Both the position numbers and the translations under genes were made by a program. The notes beneath the pieces were generated by a model. The model was not told the DNA's origin. It saw only the letters and a list, made by a program, of their open reading frames with translations, and made no database searches. Shown in pieces: positions 1 to 9,818 of a stretch of 64,000 nucleotides of DNA. Every line of letters starts with the position of its first letter. Within the stretch, counting starts at the first letter, position 1. The stretch is from Candidatus Undinarchaeota archaeon (GTDB taxonomy: Archaea; SpSt-1190; JASMDC01): positions 42,592 through 106,591 of the forward strand of contig CAZFHY010000016.1 of NCBI GenBank assembly GCA_964519305.1. Direction: 5' to 3'.

Positions 1-1
1 G

Positions 2-88
2 CACGAGGCGGGCGATCCTCTGGGTGCCCGGTACATGACCTGGACCGGCGCTCTGTACCTTGATCTGGTGGACGATATCGGGGCCTAG
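2..88 (+). CDS. 3' end of an upstream gene, possibly an (alpha/alpha)6 glycoside hydrolase (GH63/trehalase-like); partial
   Basis: Frame 2 reads HEAGDPLGARYMTWTGALYLDLVDDIGA-stop, resembling the C-terminal G.PLG...WTAALYL motif of these hydrolases; only 28 codons are visible. Confidence 0.4.
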   Translation, partial: HEAGDPLGARYMTWTGALYLDLVDDIGA

Positions 89-156
89 GTCCGTCGTTCG
101 CCCCAAAACCTAGATATTTAAACCGCCTTCCGGGCGCCAGCTCCTCCGGTGAGAGC

Positions 157-681
157 ATGGACGATATCTACCTCACGCATGACCTTCGCGATTACATGGA
201 CTGCAACGACCTCGACCGCATCGAGTCCGTGGAGGACCTTCATACCCACAACTATGCCTTCGTCCTGAAACGGGAGGACGACACCCACTACACCGTCATC
301 GACATGCGCGACGTGGACCTCTACGACGAACTGGCCGTATCCACGGGCAACATCTACCGGGTCGAGCTCGACCAGGAGACCGAGGAGCATACCTTCTCCC
401 ACGACCGGGTGCGCATCACAAAGAAGGTGGAGCTCGAGCGTACCGAGGTCTCCCCCGGACGGTCCCGTGTCAAGACCTCCAGCTACTCCTACTCCATCAA
501 CGACAAGCATCACATCGAGGTGATGAACGGCAACACCCTCAAGACACACGAGTACTGGGGTGTTGAGCGGGGGACGCCGCTCGTGCGGGCCTACACGCGC
601 TACAAGCCTTTCATGCAGCGGTCCGAGGAGCTGAGCGAGATCGCCCACAAGCGCCGGATGCGTGTGTGGCGCGAGGACTGA
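157..681 (+). CDS. hypothetical protein
   Basis: 174-aa ORF with typical GC3-rich codons; TATTTAAA box upstream (~115-122). Confidence 0.8.
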   Translation: MDDIYLTHDLRDYMDCNDLDRIESVEDLHTHNYAFVLKREDDTHYTVIDMRDVDLYDELAVSTGNIYRVELDQETEEHTFSHDRVRITKKVELERTEVSPGRSRVKTSSYSYSINDKHHIEVMNGNTLKTHEYWGVERGTPLVRAYTRYKPFMQRSEELSEIAHKRRMRVWRED

Positions 682-707
682 GCGCTCTCTCAGGGCTCGG
701 GGAAACG

Positions 708-714
708 TTTATAA
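708..714 (+). promoter_or_regulatory. TATA box of the Tes-like radical SAM gene (probably leaderless)
   Basis: TTTATAA ends 23 nt before the ATG at 738. Confidence 0.6.
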
Positions 715-737
715 CCCCTCATAGACTTCGCCGTCGC

Positions 738-2093
738 ATGCCTGGGACCGTGCTCCGCGAGACGCAAGGCTTCTGTCCCACGTGCATGAAGGACCTTCCC
801 GTACAGATAATCGAGGAGGACGGCAAGGTCTATCAGGTAAAAGAGTGTCCCGAGCATGGCGAGGCCAAGGGACTGCTCTCCCGTGATGCCACCTACTACA
901 AGGAGCTATCCGACTACTACTTCCCCATCCTCTTCCCTGAAGGCCGTGAGGGGCCCAAACGCATCCTCAACTACTACAACTACTACATGACCCTGCGCTG
1001 CAACCTCAACTGTCCCATCTGTCTCACGGACGCCAACGCGCCCAAGCGGGAGCCCACCCTGGACGAGATCGAGAGGACCATCAAGGACTTCAAGAACTTC
1101 AAGATCGGTATGTGGGGCGGCGAGCCGACGATGCGCGACGACCTGATGAACGTCATCAGGATCATCCGTCGCACGGGCAACATCCCGGCCCTATACACGA
1201 ACGGAATCAAGCTCAAGGACCCCCACTACCTCGACGGTCTCCTGAAGGCCGGGCTCGAGGTGGTCCACATGCAGTTCGACGGGTACGACGACGAGGGAGC
1301 TCTCGTGCTCAGGGGCGCGCCGATGGCCGACAACAGGCGGAAGGCCATGGACGTCCTCGAGGAGGCGGGCGTGCCCACCGTGCTCGAGACGACCCACGTC
1401 CGCGACGTGAACCTCGACCAGGTGGGTGACATATTCGAGGAGGCGGTCAAGCGGCCGAACGTGCGCGCGGTGCTGTTCAAGTCCTATTCGTACCTGGGCA
1501 AGGCGGGCGTCGACGTGGACCTCAAGGTCGCGCCCGAGGACCTCATGGACGTGCTCATCGAGCGCTTCGACGGACGGTTCTCCAGACAGGAGATCCTTGA
1601 TTTCCAACGCGCGCTCATCGCCTTCTACGACATCCTACGTATGCACAGGTGCCTGTTCAACCACTACTACCTGGTGCTGCGGGACACTGATGCCAAGGAC
1701 GGGTACCGCACGGTGGGAGAGCTCATCGACCTCGCGGCCATCCAGCCCGCGCTCGAGGCGTACAAGGACCGTCATGTCAAGGGCAGTTCGCTGGCCGCAC
1801 CGCTCCTGGTATTGTCCATGCTCCCCCATCTGCTCCGACCGCGGGCATGGCCGTTGCTCCGTGACGCGATCTCGACCACGCTCCACCGGCTGGTGTACGG
1901 CGAGCGGTTCACGGGCGCTACCATGTCCACACGCTCCCTGATCCTGGCCTTCGGCTCGGTGTGCGATCCGTACACCTATGACGCCCAGGCCTCCAAGTTC
2001 TGCATCGGTGGGGAGATCACCGTGGACGACGGCACGTTCCCCACGCTGTGGGCCAGCAACTTCCACCGCGAGCGCGATCTGCGGACCGAATGA
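738..2093 (+). CDS. radical SAM protein, tetraether synthase (Tes/GDGT-MAS, MJ0619)-like family
   Basis: N-terminal FCPTC...EEDGKVYQVKECPEHG metal domain, CNLNCPIC radical SAM motif, GGEPT, C-terminal DPYTYD....FC; start moved to ATG 738 from TATA spacing. Confidence 0.8.
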   Translation: MPGTVLRETQGFCPTCMKDLPVQIIEEDGKVYQVKECPEHGEAKGLLSRDATYYKELSDYYFPILFPEGREGPKRILNYYNYYMTLRCNLNCPICLTDANAPKREPTLDEIERTIKDFKNFKIGMWGGEPTMRDDLMNVIRIIRRTGNIPALYTNGIKLKDPHYLDGLLKAGLEVVHMQFDGYDDEGALVLRGAPMADNRRKAMDVLEEAGVPTVLETTHVRDVNLDQVGDIFEEAVKRPNVRAVLFKSYSYLGKAGVDVDLKVAPEDLMDVLIERFDGRFSRQEILDFQRALIAFYDILRMHRCLFNHYYLVLRDTDAKDGYRTVGELIDLAAIQPALEAYKDRHVKGSSLAAPLLVLSMLPHLLRPRAWPLLRDAISTTLHRLVYGERFTGATMSTRSLILAFGSVCDPYTYDAQASKFCIGGEITVDDGTFPTLWASNFHRERDLRTE

Positions 2094-2164
2094 CGGTACG
2101 AAAGTGGGCGCACCCCAAGTCTAGACTTAAAAGGTACTTCCCGGGCCGGGCGGGTCATCACGAG

Positions 2165-2704
2165 ATGATTATCATGTACGGACTAGAGGAAGATATCCAG
2201 GAGGCCGTCGCAGGCCTCGAGGAGAGCCAGCAGATGACCGTGGGCCTTGCCCTTGCCAATGTCATGATGGAGACCCAGGAGGCCATCCAGGGATACGTGG
2301 AGGGCGGCGAGTTCGAGGACAAGTACGGCAACATCCATGAGCCGGACATCGACACACGCATCGACGTCCTCATGGACACGGTAGCGTACGGTCTCACGGC
2401 CTTCCAGAGCGCCTACGATGGTCGCGACGAGCTGGCCCTGCTGGGAGACAAGCGTGATACGATCCGCGACCAGCTTTCCACCAGCATCGAGCTGACCTAC
2501 AAGCTCGCTGCAGCCTCGGACCTGTTCGGGGACTACATCCAGGAGAAGCTGGGCGACCTGCCCGACGACACTCCCAAGGATGAGGTCATCGCCAGGGCCA
2601 AGTCGACCATGGGCGACTTCGTGGACAGGCTCGGCGGCATGGACGAGATCAAGCAGCCGCTGGAGCAGTTGATGGAGCTCTACCTGCGGATGATCGATCA
2701 GTAA
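2165..2704 (+). CDS. hypothetical acidic helical protein
   Basis: Coding-like ORF; CTTAAAA box at ~2126; start 2165 or 2174. Confidence 0.75.
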   Translation: MIIMYGLEEDIQEAVAGLEESQQMTVGLALANVMMETQEAIQGYVEGGEFEDKYGNIHEPDIDTRIDVLMDTVAYGLTAFQSAYDGRDELALLGDKRDTIRDQLSTSIELTYKLAAASDLFGDYIQEKLGDLPDDTPKDEVIARAKSTMGDFVDRLGGMDEIKQPLEQLMELYLRMIDQ

Positions 2705-2711
2705 GACAACT

Positions 2712-4163
2712 TCACGGCCCGCCGAGAAGCCACCGCTTCAGCTTCAGCTCGAGCGGTGCGTCCAGGAACATGTTGCGCACCCGTGCCCGGGCGACGGGCG
2801 AGTAGATGCGCGCCAGCGCCTGCAGCTGGGGCGAGTCCAGGTCGTGTCGGTACTTCCTGTCCAGGAATAGCGAGTAGAAGTACAGTGATTCGAGCCGTCT
2901 GCGCTTCTCCTCGTCGAGCCACGGGACGTTGAGCTTGCTCCACTCGAAATCGGCCCATTTCTCGAGTTCACCGGGCGGTTCGAACCCGGCCTCCACCGCC
3001 TCGTCGAAAAGGGCGGTACCGGGGTACGGTGTGAAGCAGTAGAGCGGGGCAACCTCGGCCTGCGGGTTCTCGTCGAGGAGGCGGAACACCAGGTCGATGG
3101 TTGCCTGGACCTCCTTGTCGGTCTCCCCTGGGAATCCGAGGATGAAGTTGTATGTGGGGATGATCTCGGTGTCGGCCAGAAGCTCGTTGGCCTTGAGCAC
3201 CTTGTCGACGGTGATGGCCTTGCCGATCGCCTTGAGCACACGGTCAGAACCGGACTCCACCCCGATGTACATGCGTCTGCACCCGGCGTTCTGCATGAGA
3301 CCGAGGTTACCCTCGCCCATGGCGAGCACGGACGTCGCATGCGTGCCCGGGACCTCCCAGGTGACATCGTTACCGGCATCCACCAGCCCCCGTGCTATGG
3401 CACGGGCGCGTGACATGTCCACGAAGAAGTTGTCATCAGCGAGCCATAGGTTCTCGGCGCCAAAGCGTTCGCTCATCGAAGCGAACACGTCAAGGACCCT
3501 TTCAGCGCTCTGACCACGCCACTTGGACCCGTTGTAGCAGGGGTTCACGCAGAACCTGCACGTGTGAGGGCATCCACGTGATGTCTGGACCACAAGTGTG
3601 CGTCTACCGTCGTACGTCTGGACGTACTCCTCGATATCGATCAGGTGGTACGGGAGGTCGGGCTGGGAGTCGAGGTCCACGAACGGCGCGGGCTTGGTGC
3701 GCACCGTGCGCTCGCCCTTCCTGAACGCGATACCGTCGATCCCGCTCAGGTCACGCCCCTTGGCCAGAGCGTAGATGAGCCGGGGGAACGTCTCGTCCCC
3801 GTCCCCTATGACCACCACGTCGGCGAGACCGCTGGCCAGCGTCTGGTCGGGTAGGAGGCTTGCATGCACGCCACCCCACACGATGGGCACATCACTAAGC
3901 TCGCGTACCATACTTGCCGCTTTCACGGCCGACCTGAGCTGGCTCCCGGTGATGGACGTGATGCCCACGCACACGGGCTCGGTGGCAAGGATTGTCTCCA
4001 GTCGTCCGCGCCAGTTATCGTCCACCCGCATATCGATGATGCGTACCGAATGCGTCCCCACGAGCCGGCTCGCGGCGGTCAGGAGGGCGAGGGGGAGCAT
4101 GGGGCGCTGGACGGTCTCGGAGTACCCGCCGGCCTTTGGCTGGACGAGGATTATGTCCGCCAT
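2712..4163 (-). CDS. B12-binding domain radical SAM protein (class B methyltransferase-like)
   Basis: N-terminal cobalamin-binding-type domain (PLALL..., VWGGVHAS, GDGDETF), SRGCPHTCRFC, DDNF, IGVESGS, TPYPGT. Confidence 0.9.
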   Translation of the reverse strand: MADIILVQPKAGGYSETVQRPMLPLALLTAASRLVGTHSVRIIDMRVDDNWRGRLETILATEPVCVGITSITGSQLRSAVKAASMVRELSDVPIVWGGVHASLLPDQTLASGLADVVVIGDGDETFPRLIYALAKGRDLSGIDGIAFRKGERTVRTKPAPFVDLDSQPDLPYHLIDIEEYVQTYDGRRTLVVQTSRGCPHTCRFCVNPCYNGSKWRGQSAERVLDVFASMSERFGAENLWLADDNFFVDMSRARAIARGLVDAGNDVTWEVPGTHATSVLAMGEGNLGLMQNAGCRRMYIGVESGSDRVLKAIGKAITVDKVLKANELLADTEIIPTYNFILGFPGETDKEVQATIDLVFRLLDENPQAEVAPLYCFTPYPGTALFDEAVEAGFEPPGELEKWADFEWSKLNVPWLDEEKRRRLESLYFYSLFLDRKYRHDLDSPQLQALARIYSPVARARVRNMFLDAPLELKLKRWLLGGP

Positions 4164-4164
4164 C

Positions 4165-5847
4165 TCACTCGGCCCCCCTTGCGAGGAACGGTCCCAGTGC
4201 GAGATGTTCGAGCCCCGCGCGAACGAACCCGCGCACGGCGTCCTCCGGTGACGACACGATGGGCTCCTCGTGCATGTTGAACGATGTATTGAGGACCGTC
4301 GGGATACCCGTGGCCTTGAAATATGTGCTGATCACGCGATGGTAGGACGGCGATACGTCGGAATGGACGAGCTGGGGGCGTGCCGTCCCGTCCACGTGGA
4401 CCACGCCAGGACAGGTCTCTCTCATCCACTCGGTACAGTCGAATGTGATGGTCATGAACCGGGCGGCGTCCTCGGCACCATCCATCCCCTCATAGCACTT
4501 GTGCGCCTCTTCCGCCAGTGTCGACGGGGCGAACGGCATGAACTCGCTGCGCTGCAGCTTCTCGTTGAGCCAGTCGTTCACCGAGGTATCGCCCGCCGAG
4601 TAGAGGATGCTGCGGTTCCCGAGCGCGCGGGGCCCGTACTCCATCCGCCCCGTGTACCGGGCGACGACCCGTTCGTCGGCAAGCAGGAGCCCCACCATCT
4701 TGTCGATGTCGCGCTCACGCTTGTACTCGAGCTTGGCCTCCTTGAGCGCCCGCTCCATCTCATCGTCCCCGTACCGTGGACCGAGGTACGCGGCCTTCAT
4801 GGTCTTGGTGGATTTTCCCTTGCAGGCGAACGATGCGGCCGCACCGAAACCAAGCCCTCCGTCGCCCATGTGCGGGTGGACGAAGACCGATTCGACAGAG
4901 TCGAGCTCGTGGAGACGCTGATTGAGCTTGACGTTAGCGAACAGACCGCCCGCAAGAGCAAGGTGCGGAAGATCACGTCGTCGGACCCAGTCGGAGACGA
5001 ATACGCACACGCACTCCTCGAGCACCTTCTGCACGGCGGCGGCCACGTCGGCCCGGTCCGTCCTCTGGAACAGTTCGAACAGGTCCGGACGGGAACGCTT
5101 GAGATTGTTGATCACGTTGAACTGGCCGTCCCTGTACGAGAGCACCTCGCGCATCTCGCTCAGGACCGTTGCAGGATTGCCCTTTGCTGCAAGCCCGACG
5201 ACCTTTCCCTCATGTCGACCAGGCCGGAACTTCAGTAGCTCGGTGAACTCGGAGTAGTAGCCCCCGACGCCGTGACCGGCATCAGCTGCATGTATGCGCT
5301 CGAGATGGCCTCCGGACCCGACTGACACGCTGACGGACAGACCGTCGCCCATGTGGTCCATGGTGACCACCAGGACCTCGTCACGACCGCAGGTGTGGTA
5401 AGCGGCCGCGGCATGGGCCGCATGATGGTCGACCACGTCCAGCGGAGCGTGGATGTCGAGCCCTGCGAGCCTGCGACGTATGACGGCAGCGGCACCGGCC
5501 CCCTCGATGGAGCGGATGCCCGGGAGCTTGGTCGAGAGCACCTGATAGTTGCGGTAGAGGTCCATGGTAAGACCGAAGGCGGACAGGTCCTTCCGCTGCG
5601 CCTTGTAGGTCCGTTGGGAGAGCCGGAGCGGGAGCGACGGGGTCAGGTGCGACGCGAGCACAGCGCGACGAACGTCCCCGGGAGCTAGTTCGGCGATGCT
5701 CAGGCATTCGAGGATAGAATTGCGCGGGAACCCGGTCTGGAACTTCTCACGTGTAAGGCGTTCCTCGTTGCACGCAGCGACGACCTTGCCGTCGACGAAC
5801 ACGGCGGCCCCGGAATCGTGGCCATCGCATACCCCGAGCACCGCCAT
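4165..5847 (-). CDS. carbamoyltransferase, NodU/CmcH family
   Basis: GHDSGAA, EERLTREK, DHHAAHAA, EGKVVGLA, GGLFANVKLN, GRMEYGPRALGNRSIL, VVHVDGTARPQ, LNTSFNMHEEPIV. Confidence 0.95.
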   Translation of the reverse strand: MAVLGVCDGHDSGAAVFVDGKVVAACNEERLTREKFQTGFPRNSILECLSIAELAPGDVRRAVLASHLTPSLPLRLSQRTYKAQRKDLSAFGLTMDLYRNYQVLSTKLPGIRSIEGAGAAAVIRRRLAGLDIHAPLDVVDHHAAHAAAAYHTCGRDEVLVVTMDHMGDGLSVSVSVGSGGHLERIHAADAGHGVGGYYSEFTELLKFRPGRHEGKVVGLAAKGNPATVLSEMREVLSYRDGQFNVINNLKRSRPDLFELFQRTDRADVAAAVQKVLEECVCVFVSDWVRRRDLPHLALAGGLFANVKLNQRLHELDSVESVFVHPHMGDGGLGFGAAASFACKGKSTKTMKAAYLGPRYGDDEMERALKEAKLEYKRERDIDKMVGLLLADERVVARYTGRMEYGPRALGNRSILYSAGDTSVNDWLNEKLQRSEFMPFAPSTLAEEAHKCYEGMDGAEDAARFMTITFDCTEWMRETCPGVVHVDGTARPQLVHSDVSPSYHRVISTYFKATGIPTVLNTSFNMHEEPIVSSPEDAVRGFVRAGLEHLALGPFLARGAE

Positions 5848-5900
5848 CGCTTCAGAGCCCTGCGTGGTTTTTTAAATAGCTTATGGCGGGCGTTCCCGGC

Positions 5901-6599
5901 TCAGAATGGGTAGCCGCGCTCTTCCATACCCTCGCGGAGCCGGTCGACGTAGTCGCCTGCCTTCTCGATGCGGTAGCCGGTGGGACCGCCGGTTGTAGCG
6001 GAGCCCGCTTCCTTGGCCATATCATCGAGCATGTTGTCCAGCGACTCTTCGGATGGTTTGGGCACAGAGTAATCGTTCTTCTGCCTGTCGGCCTTGCGCT
6101 CCCGGTACCCGTTGACCTCGGACTTGATCCCTCTGTAGAGTTCCTTTGCGTCCGTGATGCTCACGGGGGTCCCGATGGCGTAGTGGGCCAGTCCGGTCTG
6201 GGCCGCCTCGCTGAATAGGGCGTCCACGGTCTCGTGGGCCACCTCACGGGTCCCCTCGAGTCCGAACTCCTCTGCGGCCTCCTTCTTGCCATGGCCCTTC
6301 TTGAAGGTGTTGGTGATGTACCGCATCCCCATCTTGACAGGGACCTTGGCACCAGCGGCCGCGATGAACGAGGTCGTGCCGTGTGCGATGGCATCAGCGT
6401 AGGTCTGGAAAACAGGCATGTGCGTGGCCATGTAATCCTCGCACCCGGTGCCGTTAAGAATGGTACGTGCGCCGACATAGGCCCCGATACCGGCACCTAC
6501 GGTACCGATAGCGTTGTAGAGGTCCTCGTGCTTCTGGTAATGATCAACTACCTTATCCTTGATGGCACCATAAGCCCCAGGGATTCTCTCAAAGACCAT
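5901..6599 (-). CDS. hypothetical protein
   Basis: Coding-like ORF with Gly/Ala-rich hydrophobic segments; TATA-like box at ~6634-6641. Confidence 0.7.
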   Translation of the reverse strand: MVFERIPGAYGAIKDKVVDHYQKHEDLYNAIGTVGAGIGAYVGARTILNGTGCEDYMATHMPVFQTYADAIAHGTTSFIAAAGAKVPVKMGMRYITNTFKKGHGKKEAAEEFGLEGTREVAHETVDALFSEAAQTGLAHYAIGTPVSITDAKELYRGIKSEVNGYRERKADRQKNDYSVPKPSEESLDNMLDDMAKEAGSATTGGPTGYRIEKAGDYVDRLREGMEERGYPF

Positions 6600-6666
6600 G
6601 TCACGCACCTATCTATACATAATGCGATATGCCTTTATATAGTTTACCACGGGGTAGTGGTAACAA

Positions 6667-8055
6667 CTAATGTCCGGGCCATCCCAGGGCCAGGGCGGCC
6701 TCGGCTGCTGTAAGGGCCCGGCGGGGACTGGTGAGGAACGTAGGGAGATGTTCGAGCACCTTGCCCGGCCGGAAGTAGAACCGGCGGACAGCGTCGCGGC
6801 GTGCCGCTTCGACCTCCTCCGGGGAGATCCCGTCCATGGACACGACGGGCTCTTTGAAGAAGCAGAAATCAGACCAGTCACTGGATAGGAGGTGTTCGGA
6901 GCACTGGGGGAAGCTGGCAGTCCCGGGGAACGGGACGAACACGCCGAAGTACGCATAGTCCGGGTCGAGCTCCAGTGCGAGATCGGTCGTGCGTTGAGCG
7001 GACTCAGGGGTCTCTCCGGGAAGGCCGTAGATGAAGAAACCCTTGGACCTGATCCCTGAACCGCGCAGATTACGGAACGCCTGACGGAGCTGGTCAACTG
7101 TCACTCCTTTACCGATTGTGTCGAGCACGCGCTGGTCACCTGATTCCACGCCGACCTGGACCTCGACACATCCTGCATCGTGCATGGCAGAGAGGGTATC
7201 ACTATCGAGGCGGTCGGCACGCGCGAGGCATGCCCAGCGCAGACCGAGACCGGAGTCGCGGATACGACGACACAGGGCGCGGGTCCGGGCCGTGTCGAGG
7301 GTGAACGTGTCGTCGAAGAAGAACACGAAGCCCACACCTTCCCGGGATAGGAGGCGGAGCTCGTCCATCACCGAATCAACGGAGCGGTACCTTACCCTGC
7401 GTCCGAATGTAAGTGACGTGGCACAGAACGTGCACTTGTGAGGGCAGCCCCGGGACGTCATCACCGAGGCATAGGGCTCGTCCTCGCCAGGATAGGCGAA
7501 CGAGTAGGCATCACGGGGGAACAGGTGTCGGGCTGGGAACGGGAGCCTGTCCAGTGGATCGATCAGGGCACGGGGAGCGGTCGGGACCGCACGATGGCCG
7601 CGTAACACGGCGAGCCCCGGTATGCTCTCGGGACGGACATCGCCCGCAGCCCAGCGGGATATATCCAAAACGGTGTCCTCGGCCTCGCCGATCACGCATG
7701 CGTCGACGTGTGGAAGAATGTCTTCGGGCCGTGCGGTTGGATGTGGTCCGCCGCAAACGCGGATGGCGTCCGGGAGACGTTCGGCGACCCGGTCGAATAG
7801 CCCTTGCACCCATGGGACCAGCGGTGTCGGGCAGGTAGCGCCGACAACGTTAGGAGCGAGCGTCTCGAGACGGGCGACCACCTGGTCCATGGACAGGTCG
7901 TTGCCCATGGCATCAACGATGTGGACCTCGTGCCCCCGTGCCTGGAGAACAGCGGCGATGTACGCGAGCCCGAGGGGCATCTCCCCGTAGTCGGTCCGCG
8001 ACACAGGGCCGAAGACCTCCCTGTAGGAAGGGTGCACTAGCGCCCATCGCACCAT
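6667..8055 (-). CDS. B12-binding domain radical SAM protein
   Basis: MPLGLAYIAA, GGPHPT, GEAE, TSRGCPHKCTFC, DDTF, GVESGD, PFPGT. Confidence 0.9.
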   Translation of the reverse strand: MVRWALVHPSYREVFGPVSRTDYGEMPLGLAYIAAVLQARGHEVHIVDAMGNDLSMDQVVARLETLAPNVVGATCPTPLVPWVQGLFDRVAERLPDAIRVCGGPHPTARPEDILPHVDACVIGEAEDTVLDISRWAAGDVRPESIPGLAVLRGHRAVPTAPRALIDPLDRLPFPARHLFPRDAYSFAYPGEDEPYASVMTSRGCPHKCTFCATSLTFGRRVRYRSVDSVMDELRLLSREGVGFVFFFDDTFTLDTARTRALCRRIRDSGLGLRWACLARADRLDSDTLSAMHDAGCVEVQVGVESGDQRVLDTIGKGVTVDQLRQAFRNLRGSGIRSKGFFIYGLPGETPESAQRTTDLALELDPDYAYFGVFVPFPGTASFPQCSEHLLSSDWSDFCFFKEPVVSMDGISPEEVEAARRDAVRRFYFRPGKVLEHLPTFLTSPRRALTAAEAALALGWPGH

Positions 8056-8086
8056 TACCGGTACAAGGCGCTGCAGGTTTAAATAA

Positions 8087-9706
8087 TCAGCGAGAGCGGT
8101 AGATGAAGTACCGGTCCTCGCCGCACCTCTTCACCGTCGTCACGGACGATACGTCACGCCCGAAGAGGACGTTCGGGACCACAGACAAGATATCCTCACG
8201 CGTCCCCTGCTCGCCCGGAGCCAGTATCCGCAGGTCAGGCTCGTCCTTCTTCTCCTGGTCCATCAGCGTCGCGACGATGACGGCCGGACCGGTCCCGACG
8301 GGCCCCTGTACGTCCAGTCCCGAACCTTCGAACCCTCTGGTCTGATAGTCGGAAGGATCGAGCGCTGTGTAGAACGCTGCATGGACGGGACCCTCGTGTA
8401 CGTTGCGAGTGAGCACGACCAGCTCATCCGTCCGTGCAGAAGAGACGGCAGTGGTGATGGCCTCTCCAAGCCCGGCGCGCCAGTTGTAGAGCGAGACCTC
8501 CTCGCAGGGATACTCGATCAGGTAGCTGTGCATCTCGACCGCGGCCGAGAGGACGATACCGAGGCAGAGGATGGCGATGATGGACCGGTCCTTGCGTGCG
8601 AGAGCGAGCCCCCGGGCGGCAAGGATGTGCACGAGCGGTAGGACGACGATCAACCTCTGATGGCTTGTGACCTGGTCGGTGAGCGACGCAGGCAGCGGCG
8701 CGAGAAGTAACCAGACGATGAGGAGCGCCGCCTCTGGAGAGCGTCGGCGGACGCGGACGGTCGCCCAGATGCCCGCGAGCGCAAGGAGCGCATGCACGGG
8801 GAGGAGAGCTCGATGGAACGGAGGGATGCCCATCGCATCGCTGTCCACCTGTCTAAAGAGCGGTCCCGAGAGGGTATAGTGGAGGTAGTTACGTGCCGCG
8901 CCCGCAACTGAGAGCAGGTGACCGGGGAGCCCGGAAAGGCCCGGATAGGTGCGCACGAGGTTGTCACGCGCCTGCGGTCCGAACACGGATACCTGCCAGA
9001 ACCGTGCTTCCGCGGCCCCGGGCTCGGATACCTGGAACAGGAACGAGGGTAGGACGAGGAGTGTGAAGACGATCACGGCGGGCGCCAGCGCGCGGGACCG
9101 GGCGATCCTTCTTCGATAAGGCCACAGGACCGTGGCGACGAGGAACGGTGCGACGACCTTGCCCACGGCATAGGCGTAGAACAGGAGCGCCGCCGGTACC
9201 GCAGCGTATACGAGATGACGGCTCTTCCGCTTCACGAGATAGAGGTGGTAGAGCATCGTCGTCAGCAGGAACGGTACGACGATGGCGTCCGGTGACGACC
9301 GGGACAGATGGATGTGCATCGGACTGAGAGCGAGGAATAGAGCTACGACGTCCGCCGGCCATGTGCCCCAGACAACTGCCACGAAGGCGTAGGCGGAGGC
9401 GATGCCGAGCATACCGTACATCACGCCCGCGAGCCGGACGGCGTTCTCGCCCAGTCCGGTCGCCATCACGAATGGGACCACTGAGTAGACGGTGAGCGCC
9501 GGTTTATAGTCGCCCCAAGAGCGGAATAGAAGTGGATAGGTGACGCCGTGCGAGTCCTTCCCGGTCAGCAGCACCGAGTACGCGTCGTACCCCTCGTACA
9601 CGTGATCATAGTTGAACCCCGGTGGGACCGCGTCGAGCCAGGCGGTGCGCAGGATGGCGGCCACGATGAGAATGGCCAGCACACGCGCCCGGGGCGGGAG
9701 CCTCAT
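8087..9706 (-). CDS. GT-C fold glycosyltransferase (GT39/ArnT-like, multi-pass membrane)
   Basis: PPGFNYD..GYDAYSVLLTGKD.HG...PLLF...GDYKP motif followed by many TM helices. Confidence 0.85.
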   Translation of the reverse strand: MRLPPRARVLAILIVAAILRTAWLDAVPPGFNYDHVYEGYDAYSVLLTGKDSHGVTYPLLFRSWGDYKPALTVYSVVPFVMATGLGENAVRLAGVMYGMLGIASAYAFVAVVWGTWPADVVALFLALSPMHIHLSRSSPDAIVVPFLLTTMLYHLYLVKRKSRHLVYAAVPAALLFYAYAVGKVVAPFLVATVLWPYRRRIARSRALAPAVIVFTLLVLPSFLFQVSEPGAAEARFWQVSVFGPQARDNLVRTYPGLSGLPGHLLSVAGAARNYLHYTLSGPLFRQVDSDAMGIPPFHRALLPVHALLALAGIWATVRVRRRSPEAALLIVWLLLAPLPASLTDQVTSHQRLIVVLPLVHILAARGLALARKDRSIIAILCLGIVLSAAVEMHSYLIEYPCEEVSLYNWRAGLGEAITTAVSSARTDELVVLTRNVHEGPVHAAFYTALDPSDYQTRGFEGSGLDVQGPVGTGPAVIVATLMDQEKKDEPDLRILAPGEQGTREDILSVVPNVLFGRDVSSVTTVKRCGEDRYFIYRSR

Positions 9707-9818
9707 GACGTGAGGTGCGCGCTCAACACATAAAAAGGCCATGTCGGCGCCTCGGCCTCACGGTCCCGGCCCACCCGAGCGTAACTTTATATAGGAAACG
9801 AACCGCCCACGGGGAGCA

